Source of the DNA: a virus
Taxonomy: Duplodnaviria; Caudoviricetes
IMG/VR virus record: IMGVR_UViG_3300037461_000142
Span: 1 to 36,930 of that record
DNA: 36,930 nt
Reading direction: 5' to 3' (one strand)
This document shows, in pieces, positions 8,624-14,962 of the stretch (positions are counted from its first letter, which is position 1; every line of letters begins with the position of its first letter). The position numbers and the translations under genes are program-made. The notes under the pieces were generated by a model. It was not told where the DNA came from, ran no database searches, and was given only the letters and a program-made list of their open reading frames with translations.

Positions 8624-8857
8624 TCAGAACCTCGCATCCGCCACGCCCGTGTGCGCGGTGTAGCCTGTGGTCTCGCATGTCGCCGGCCGAAGCCAGTTGC
8701 GATACGCGTTGCAAGTGGTAGACGCACTCGTGATGAGCAGCCACTTCCGGCTCTCGATGTTGCCACACGGCGCTCGCCGAATGACGCCGGCCGTGCCTGC
8801 AACAGCATCCACGTGCTTTCGCAACCACTCGCTGCAATCCTTGCAGCGCCCGATCAT
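8624..8857 (-). CDS. Small Cys-rich protein
   Basis: RCKDCSEW...C...C; ATGA-coupled. Confidence 0.55.
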   Translation of the reverse strand: MIGRCKDCSEWLRKHVDAVAGTAGVIRRAPCGNIESRKWLLITSASTTCNAYRNWLRPATCETTGYTAHTGVADARF

Positions 8858-9054
8858 GCCGCCTCCTTATTGTGCGGGCGCAATTCTGGCGCGAACTTGG
8901 CGCATGAATGCCACCACCAACACAGCGGCGGTGATGCGAGCGACGGGTCTTCGAGGCATCTGGCCTGCCAATCCAAGCTCCCATGCACCGTCAGGCCACG
9001 CACTCGCTCGGCGTCCCAGTAACGGCACCGCTCGCACCTCGGCTTGTCGCTCAC
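8854..9054 (-). CDS. Small Cys-rich protein
   Basis: RCERCRYW...C...C...C; AGGAG RBS and GTG start. Confidence 0.6.
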   Translation of the reverse strand: MSDKPRCERCRYWDAERVRGLTVHGSLDWQARCLEDPSLASPPLCWWWHSCAKFAPELRPHNKEAA

Positions 9055-9581
9055 GTCTGCTCCTGATTGGTTGCGAGGGCGGGGCTCGAACCCGCGCCTT
9101 GCGGCTTATGAGGCCGCTGCTCTGCCGACTGAGCTACCTCGCTGCAAATCTGTTCCACTACCGCCATCCGCACGGCACGGTGCGGCCGGTGGCCTGGGAA
9201 TAGCCGATCATGCTCGGCCGCGATGCGGATTGCCTCTGCCTGATCGACGCATACGGTAGCGTCGCCGTGCACACCGAGGACGTACCAGCGGCCCGACATG
9301 CGCGGGTCTTCCATCACCGTCACCACGTCTCCGCGGTATAGATCGGCAGCGACATGCACATGCTGCCTGCGTCCATCGTCGCGCGTGTACTCTGCGAGGA
9401 TGTCCGGCTCAAGCGTGACTGCAGGTTGTGCCGGCGCATGAATGAACAACGGCACAGGTCGCCGACCAGCCGCGCGCCCCTCGTCGCTGCTGCACCACCA
9501 TTCGACCTGGCGTTGCGGACCGACCAGCTCGTAGTCGATCCTGCCGTCCGTGAGCTGCACGGCCCAGGCGGCGGGTGTCAT
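9051..9581 (-). CDS. Hypothetical protein whose 3' end reads through the tRNA
   Basis: GGAGG RBS, ATGA overlap at the start and GTGA overlap at the stop. Confidence 0.6.
   Translation of the reverse strand: MTPAAWAVQLTDGRIDYELVGPQRQVEWWCSSDEGRAAGRRPVPLFIHAPAQPAVTLEPDILAEYTRDDGRRQHVHVAADLYRGDVVTVMEDPRMSGRWYVLGVHGDATVCVDQAEAIRIAAEHDRLFPGHRPHRAVRMAVVEQICSEVAQSAEQRPHKPQGAGSSPALATNQEQT
9068..9143 (-). tRNA. tRNA with CAT anticodon (Met/fMet/Ile2 identity unresolved), 76 nt, CCA encoded
   Basis: AGCGAGG-TA-GCTC-AGTCGGCA-GAGC-A-GCGGC-CTCATAA-GCCGC-AAGGC-GCGGG-TTCGAGC-CCCGC-CCTCGCA-A-CCA folds into a full cloverleaf. Confidence 0.92.
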
Positions 9582-9790
9582 GGCGCCACCTCCATGGCCG
9601 TGTATCGCATAGCAGGCGCGTTGACGGGAGCGTGTCGAAAAGCCCCGCACACCGAGCACTTCTCTTCGCGCACCATCGGCGCGTTGGTCGGCCTGGAAGA
9701 CGTGCTGGTATCAGCCGACGCCCACATGGCCCACTGGCGCCTCGTTGGCTGCCAGGTGTGCTGCATGCCGTTGACGCAGAGGTACATCAT
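9578..9790 (-). CDS. Hypothetical protein with possible Zn ligands
   Basis: C...H.W and CSVCG motifs; packed within the operon. Confidence 0.5.
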   Translation of the reverse strand: MMYLCVNGMQHTWQPTRRQWAMWASADTSTSSRPTNAPMVREEKCSVCGAFRHAPVNAPAMRYTAMEVAP

Positions 9791-9795
9791 CCCGC

Positions 9796-10191
9796 TTACT
9801 TTCGCTTGAGCGCGTCAGTCACGGATGGGACGATCTTCTCGACCGACCTCCCGACAACATATCCGCCAAGCCCGAACTCGACGATTGACCATAGCTTGAG
9901 GTATTCTGCTTCGCTCAATTCCGGCGCTGCCCACCCGAACCAGCGCGCTACGATAAGCGCCACGAACGTCAGCATCGTGACCGGACGCCAGACCGCTGCC
10001 AGCCAATGATCGCTTGATGCCTCTGCCTGCACGATGCCGGCCGATGCGGTCAGCCCAGCCAACTCGCCCTTCTGCGCCAGTTCGAGCATCGCGAGGCGCG
10101 CCTGATCGCGCTGTGTCGGATCGGGCCACAGCCGATCAATCAGCTTGCCGCCAACATCCAGTGCTGCGGTCAACGGGTCGAGCGCCATCAT
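9796..10191 (-). CDS. Holin, 3TM gene-transfer-agent-release family
   Basis: GGKLIDRLWPDP, AEASS..W...WRP and LGGY..GRS.EK motifs. Confidence 0.88.
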   Translation of the reverse strand: MMALDPLTAALDVGGKLIDRLWPDPTQRDQARLAMLELAQKGELAGLTASAGIVQAEASSDHWLAAVWRPVTMLTFVALIVARWFGWAAPELSEAEYLKLWSIVEFGLGGYVVGRSVEKIVPSVTDALKRK

Positions 10192-10457
10192 GGCGTCTCC
10201 AATTCCGGCCCGTCGTGCAGCTGCGCCCCGGCCGCGCACAGCAGCACCGTGAGCCGATCGATCTGCGAGCGCGCGCAGTCCAAATCCTGCTGCAGCCGCG
10301 CGATGATCTGCGCCTGTCGCGCGATCTCATGCGCCCGCTGCGCCAGTTCGTGCGCGTGCACGGCTTCCATCCGCGTCGTCGCCTCCAGCGGGGCACGAGG
10401 CCCGCACTGGTCGAGCATGACCGGGCGGGCACAGCTATTCCACGGCACGGCATCCAT
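10188..10457 (-). CDS. Hypothetical coiled-coil protein
   Basis: First gene after the repeated promoter motif; stop overlaps the holin ATG. Confidence 0.55.
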   Translation of the reverse strand: MDAVPWNSCARPVMLDQCGPRAPLEATTRMEAVHAHELAQRAHEIARQAQIIARLQQDLDCARSQIDRLTVLLCAAGAQLHDGPELETP

Positions 10458-10484
10458 CGTGGGCGATGGTGCACTGACCCGAGT

Positions 10485-10507
10485 GACAGGTTAAGGCCGA
10501 ATCTGTC
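10485..10507 (-). promoter_or_regulatory. Putative activator-dependent late promoter site, copy 2
   Basis: GACAGGTTAAGGCCGAATCTGTC overlapping the stop of the Mor-like gene. Confidence 0.7.
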
Positions 10508-10811
10508 CGCGCAGCCGCCGGTAGACGGTACGCACGCTCACGCGCTCGGATCTGGCAACGTCGTGGATCTTGGCGCCATCTTTGATGGCCTGGATCGTGC
10601 GCTGCCGCGCCTGCTCGGCAGCCGCGGGCGAGCACTGCGGCGCGTAGACGCGCTCGCCACCCAGCACGCTGGCGGCGCGCTCGAAGAGGATGTGCTCGGC
10701 GGCGTCGCGGAACGCCTGGCGCTGTAGCTCCGGCAGCCGGGCGGCGAGCCGGCTTGTGAGCGCAACAGCGGCGTCGCGCACGAAGGTGGCGAAGAGCGAC
10801 TCGCCACGCAT
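10491..10811 (-). CDS. Mor/C-family transcription activator
   Basis: LGGERVYAP strand followed by a C-terminal HTH (IHDVARSERVSVRTVYRRL). Confidence 0.8.
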   Translation of the reverse strand: MRGESLFATFVRDAAVALTSRLAARLPELQRQAFRDAAEHILFERAASVLGGERVYAPQCSPAAAEQARQRTIQAIKDGAKIHDVARSERVSVRTVYRRLRGQIRP

Positions 10812-10817
10812 GGGGCG

Positions 10818-12809
10818 CTACCAAATCCGGCCCACGCGCCGCATGCGCGGCCGGCCGGCTGGCTGGGGTGGCGCCTGGTCGGCTGGCGGCGGCGACCATG
10901 CATCCGGCCTGGCTGCCTTGGCCTGGGCCCGCAGGTGCGCCTCCCACCGGTCCCAGTCGGCGCCGGTCATGCGGTGCAGGCGCAGCTCTGGGTGGTGCGC
11001 CGCGGCGTAGGCGTGCACCCATGTGTCAAGCGGCTCGTTGCGCACGCTGCCGCGGCGCTTCTCGAAGCGGTTCTTGCTCGGGTTGAACACCTCGGAGATC
11101 AGGCCGCGGAAGAAGTCGTCGCCGAGCTGGTCGCTGAAGTGGCACATGCGGTCTGGAGCGTCGGGGCGCGTCGCCTCCGGCATCGAGGCCCACCGCGCCT
11201 GCGCGTCGGCGTCGGCGGCCAGCCTGGAGTACAGGACATGCTTGGCGTTGACCGTGCCGACCTGGTACAGGTGCACGCCGCGCTTGTCGTACTGGCCGCG
11301 CCATGTCACGTCGTGCAGCTTGCCCTTGCTAAGGATGGGGGCGGTGTTGGGCTTGGCGCCGAAGCTGGCCATGGGCCGGCGCACGGTGCGCTGGCGCACC
11401 CAGTGCTTCACCGCCTCTGTGCGGTGCCCGAATATGTCGACGCTGACTGCCTCGATCGGCATCGACGCGCCGCTGACGTGCTGCACGGGGCGGTTGAGCA
11501 GCTCGGTGAGCGCGGCGCGCGCGGCGTCGCTGTCCGGGTCGCCGTTGATGACGACGTAGTCGAGCACCCAGAAGGCCAGGCCGCGCCCCCAGCCGACGAT
11601 GTGGACCTCGAACCGGTCGTCCTGCGTGTCGACGCCGGCTGTGATGCGCAGCACGCCCTCTGGAGCCACGCGCAGCGGGTAGGGCTCGGCCCGCTCGGCC
11701 ACGATGTTGTGGCGCACGTTTGCGGTGGACTGGTCCTCCCACGGCTCGGCCAGGCGGTCGTTGACGAAGGTCTTGAGGCGCGCCGGGTCGCCCTGCGCCT
11801 CGAGGAACATCTCCGCGAGCTCGTGCCACCTCGGGCCCAGGCCGAACTGGTAGTACAGGCCGTTGATGTGGTAGCCGCGGCGCGGCTCGTCGGGCTGGCC
11901 TGGCACCCAGCGGCCGGCGGCGATCATGTCCGTCTTGTGGGCCTCCTCGATCTCGGCGCCGCATGCGCTGCACACCAGCCAGGCGTGACGGTGCCGGCCT
12001 ATAGGGCGGTGCGTCTCCCAGTGCAGCGCGGCCCATGTCATGGGCTCGGCGTGGCCGCAGTGCGGGCACGGAACGTGGTAGCGCCGCTGATCGCTCCGCT
12101 CCCACAGCCACCAGATGCGGCTGGTGCTGCGCATCTGCGGGCTGCTGATGTACAGGCGCTTGCTGGTGCCTGGGAAGGCGCTGGTTCGCCCCTCGAGCAT
12201 CGCCACCGGGTCGTCGCCGCTGAGCAGGTTGGCGGCGAACTCGTCCAGCTCGTCGGCGATCACCGTGCGGACGGTGGTCATCTTCAGGCGCGCGGCGGTG
12301 CCGGCGTGCTCCATGAACAACTGGCCGCCGGTGAAGTCCTTGAAGGTGCGCGTGTTCGCCGCCTCGCGGCTGGCCGTGCTGGTGAGCGCGCGCTGGACGG
12401 CAGGCGTCTCCTCGATCATGGGGTGCAACTTCTGCGCCACCCACTTGTTGAGGCTCACTTCGCCCGGCAGGCACACCATGATCGGGCCTGGCGCATGGTC
12501 CATCGTGTAGCCGACGACGTTGATGGCAACCTCCGTCTTTGCGAACTGGATGGGCCACATGAGGACGACCTCGCGCGCCGGGTCGCGCACGCTCATCGTG
12601 TCCATCGGCTCGCGCGTGGGCGGGTTGCGGTCGGTGCGCCACCGCCCGGCCTCGGCGCTTCCCTTGGTGCTCAGCCGGCGCTCCCGGTCGGCCCAGTCGC
12701 TGACGCGCAGCACCTCGCGCGGCTCGAGCGCGCGCACCAGGCGCAACCGGACGGCCGGCCGCGCGGGCGGGGGCTCCATGTTGGCGGAGGCGGATTGGGC
12801 ATTCGTCAC
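10818..12809 (-). CDS. Terminase large subunit, lambda gpA family
   Basis: GRWRTDRNP, QFAKTE (variant Walker A), VIADELD, PCPHCG...CSACG, TAGVDTQDDR and RNEPLD motifs. GTG start overlaps the upstream stop. Confidence 0.96.
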   Translation of the reverse strand: MTNAQSASANMEPPPARPAVRLRLVRALEPREVLRVSDWADRERRLSTKGSAEAGRWRTDRNPPTREPMDTMSVRDPAREVVLMWPIQFAKTEVAINVVGYTMDHAPGPIMVCLPGEVSLNKWVAQKLHPMIEETPAVQRALTSTASREAANTRTFKDFTGGQLFMEHAGTAARLKMTTVRTVIADELDEFAANLLSGDDPVAMLEGRTSAFPGTSKRLYISSPQMRSTSRIWWLWERSDQRRYHVPCPHCGHAEPMTWAALHWETHRPIGRHRHAWLVCSACGAEIEEAHKTDMIAAGRWVPGQPDEPRRGYHINGLYYQFGLGPRWHELAEMFLEAQGDPARLKTFVNDRLAEPWEDQSTANVRHNIVAERAEPYPLRVAPEGVLRITAGVDTQDDRFEVHIVGWGRGLAFWVLDYVVINGDPDSDAARAALTELLNRPVQHVSGASMPIEAVSVDIFGHRTEAVKHWVRQRTVRRPMASFGAKPNTAPILSKGKLHDVTWRGQYDKRGVHLYQVGTVNAKHVLYSRLAADADAQARWASMPEATRPDAPDRMCHFSDQLGDDFFRGLISEVFNPSKNRFEKRRGSVRNEPLDTWVHAYAAAHHPELRLHRMTGADWDRWEAHLRAQAKAARPDAWSPPPADQAPPQPAGRPRMRRVGRIW

Positions 12810-13270
12810 GGCAGCCGTGCCTCCCATGCCAGCTTTGTCTGCGTTGGCGCTGTATCCACGCGCGGCCGGCTCGTACGGTTCCAACTTCCGCCGCCAGCCT
12901 CGCCAAGCAGTACAAAGCCAGCAGCGCGCAGACTGGCGCCCCCCTCCTCTGGCAACGTGTACGTCACAAGCCGGCGATACCCCATCGCACGAGCCGCCCG
13001 CCACGCGGCTCCGTACAGCATCGAGCACGCATTTCTCGCGCCATCCGTGCAGCAGCGGTTGACCTCCAGGGTCCATCCGTTGTCGATCATGCGAGCCACC
13101 GGCCGCCCCACGATTGCCACGCCACGCACAGTGCCGCACTCGTCGCTCACGCTTAGTGAGAATTTCGCGCCTGGCACCGGCTTGTGGTGGCGGTGATGCA
13201 TTGCGACGAATGCGTTCGCTTCGGCCAGGCTGATTGGCGTCACAGCCAGCTTGAATCTGCGCTCTGTCAC
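12806..13270 (-). CDS. XF1762-family protein (Mom-related GNAT-like fold)
   Basis: ANAFVAMHHRHH, GVAIVGRPVAR, LEVNR, GYRRLVTYT..EEGGASLRAAGF. Confidence 0.8.
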   Translation of the reverse strand: MTERRFKLAVTPISLAEANAFVAMHHRHHKPVPGAKFSLSVSDECGTVRGVAIVGRPVARMIDNGWTLEVNRCCTDGARNACSMLYGAAWRAARAMGYRRLVTYTLPEEGGASLRAAGFVLLGEAGGGSWNRTSRPRVDTAPTQTKLAWEARLP

Positions 13271-13770
13271 GGCATCACCGCCTTCAACCTCGCCACCATG
13301 TCGCGCCGCACGCTGTCGATGGCGTCTGCCAGCACGGCACGGATGCGGCCCTCGTCTGCGGCCATGGATGCGATCTGCGGTGCCAGCCGGTCTGGCAGCG
13401 CGTCGAGCTGGCCGGCGAACAGCGCTGCCGCGTCGCTGACGGCGTCGAGCACCTGGTCGGCGCGGAGCAGCTTGCCCAGGCGCTCCTCGAGGTCAATGCG
13501 GGCGTTCTCGGCATCGTAGAACTCCTTGCGGTCACGGTGCGCGCGCAGCGGGGGCGGCAGCGCCGGCTCGCTGGCCTGGCTGACGCGCTGCGTGGTGGCC
13601 TGGATGCGCTCGAGGCTGGCCGCCACGTCCACCAGGCCCGCCGAATCAACGACGAGCCGGCCCGCGTGCTTGAGCGCGGTGACGTAGCTCTTGCTCCATC
13701 CGTGCCGGCGCGCAAACTCGGCCTGCGTGCAGGCGGCCGGCGCGTCGGTGGTGGTGGCGGAGTCTCCCAT
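13267..13770 (-). CDS. Terminase small subunit (Nu1-like)
   Basis: N-terminal wHTH TQAEFARRHGWSKSYVT, coiled coil, and LDALPDRLAP. Confidence 0.85.
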   Translation of the reverse strand: MGDSATTTDAPAACTQAEFARRHGWSKSYVTALKHAGRLVVDSAGLVDVAASLERIQATTQRVSQASEPALPPPLRAHRDRKEFYDAENARIDLEERLGKLLRADQVLDAVSDAAALFAGQLDALPDRLAPQIASMAADEGRIRAVLADAIDSVRRDMVARLKAVMP

Positions 13771-13783
13771 CGTCCTGCCTCGA

Positions 13784-14623
13784 TCAACCAGCCACGCTCA
13801 CGCGCACGCCGGGCCCGGCCTGCTTGGCCAGCACGGCGCGGGCGAGCTGGCCGGTGAGGTGGCCTGGCAGGTTGCGCTGGATGGCGAGCTCGGCGACGTA
13901 GGAGAAGTCGAAGCGGCGCGCCTCGTACTGCGCCTTGCTGACAAAGATCAGCACGGGCAGGATCTCCTGCCGGTTGAAGCGGTCGACCAGGTAGATGCCC
14001 GGCAGCAGCTTGCCGCGCGCGCTGCCGTTGGGCAGCGCCAGGTACTGCCCGCCGGCCCGCTTGTACGCCGCGCGGATGCTGCGCAGCTTGCGGTTGCGGT
14101 CGATCTTGCGGTCGTTGAAGTCGAGCCGCGGCAGCGAGCGCGTGCTGCCGAGCATCGTGCTGTCGATGCGCAGCTGGCTAAGGATCTGCACCAGCTGGCC
14201 GCGTCTGACGTTGCCGAATGCGTCGAGCTTGGCGTACCGGCCCGGGACCATCCGGTCCCCGTCGCGCATGGCGCCCACGGAAATCAGATTGCGCTCGAAG
14301 GCGGTGTTGGTGCGCATCCCGCCCAGAACCTGCCAGCGCAGCCACGACCAGGCCGAGCGCGCGCCACCCACGTTGTCCTTGATGCCGACGCGCGCCTCTG
14401 GCACCGCCTGGTCGCCGCTGGCGGGCTGCACGTACAGGCTGCCAATGGTGAACGGCGTGGGCCTGTCGAACGAGTCGCGCATTTCTGCGCGCTCTGCCTC
14501 GCGGACGGCGATTGCGGTGCGCGTCAGCGCCGTGGCGACGGCGTTGCGCAGCCGCTGCGGGCTGCCGAGCAGCGGGTCGATCAGCTGGCGTTGGATCGCC
14601 GAGGTGTCGAAGGTCAGACGCAT
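13784..14623 (-). CDS. Putative neck / tail-completion protein (gpZ-like)
   Basis: AVATALTRTA...FDRPTPFT motif in a basic protein. Confidence 0.6.
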   Translation of the reverse strand: MRLTFDTSAIQRQLIDPLLGSPQRLRNAVATALTRTAIAVREAERAEMRDSFDRPTPFTIGSLYVQPASGDQAVPEARVGIKDNVGGARSAWSWLRWQVLGGMRTNTAFERNLISVGAMRDGDRMVPGRYAKLDAFGNVRRGQLVQILSQLRIDSTMLGSTRSLPRLDFNDRKIDRNRKLRSIRAAYKRAGGQYLALPNGSARGKLLPGIYLVDRFNRQEILPVLIFVSKAQYEARRFDFSYVAELAIQRNLPGHLTGQLARAVLAKQAGPGVRVSVAG

Positions 14624-14645
14624 GTCGAAGCTCCTGTTCCGTGGC

Positions 14646-14954
14646 TCTGTGCAGGCTGTGCAGGCTGTGCAGGCACTTGTGCAGGCACTTTGCCGACCGC
14701 CTGCACGACGTAACCCGTTGACTCCTCACACCTTTTCCCAGGTGTGCAGGGGTGGGAGTGGGCCCGCGCGCGTGCGCGCCCGTACGCCTGCGCGCCGGCC
14801 CGCCTGCGCACGCGCGCCTGCGCACGCACGCATGTACGTGCGCGAGGCGCCTGCACAACCTGCACAAACGCGAAAACGTCAATGCCGACAATGGCTTGCG
14901 TTGTGCAGGCACCCCTTTCGAGTGCCTGCACAGTGCAGGGGTACCCCTGCACAG
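14646..14954. repeat. Putative replication origin with TGTGCAGG/CCTGCACA iterons
   Basis: About 12 exact or near copies in both orientations in a non-coding gap just downstream of the primase-helicase. Confidence 0.8.
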
Positions 14955-14962
14955 ACCGGGCG

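Noticed and set aside
10935-13196. Long plus-strand ORFs (753 aa here; also 14744-16090, 16190-17752, 34288-35679)
   Set aside because: They are antisense shadows of real high-GC genes, with no motifs or RBS.
14646-14954. Mini-CRISPR or coding repeats
   Set aside because: The 8-bp units occur in both orientations with irregular spacing, and the overlapping ORFs are low-complexity. An iteron origin fits better.
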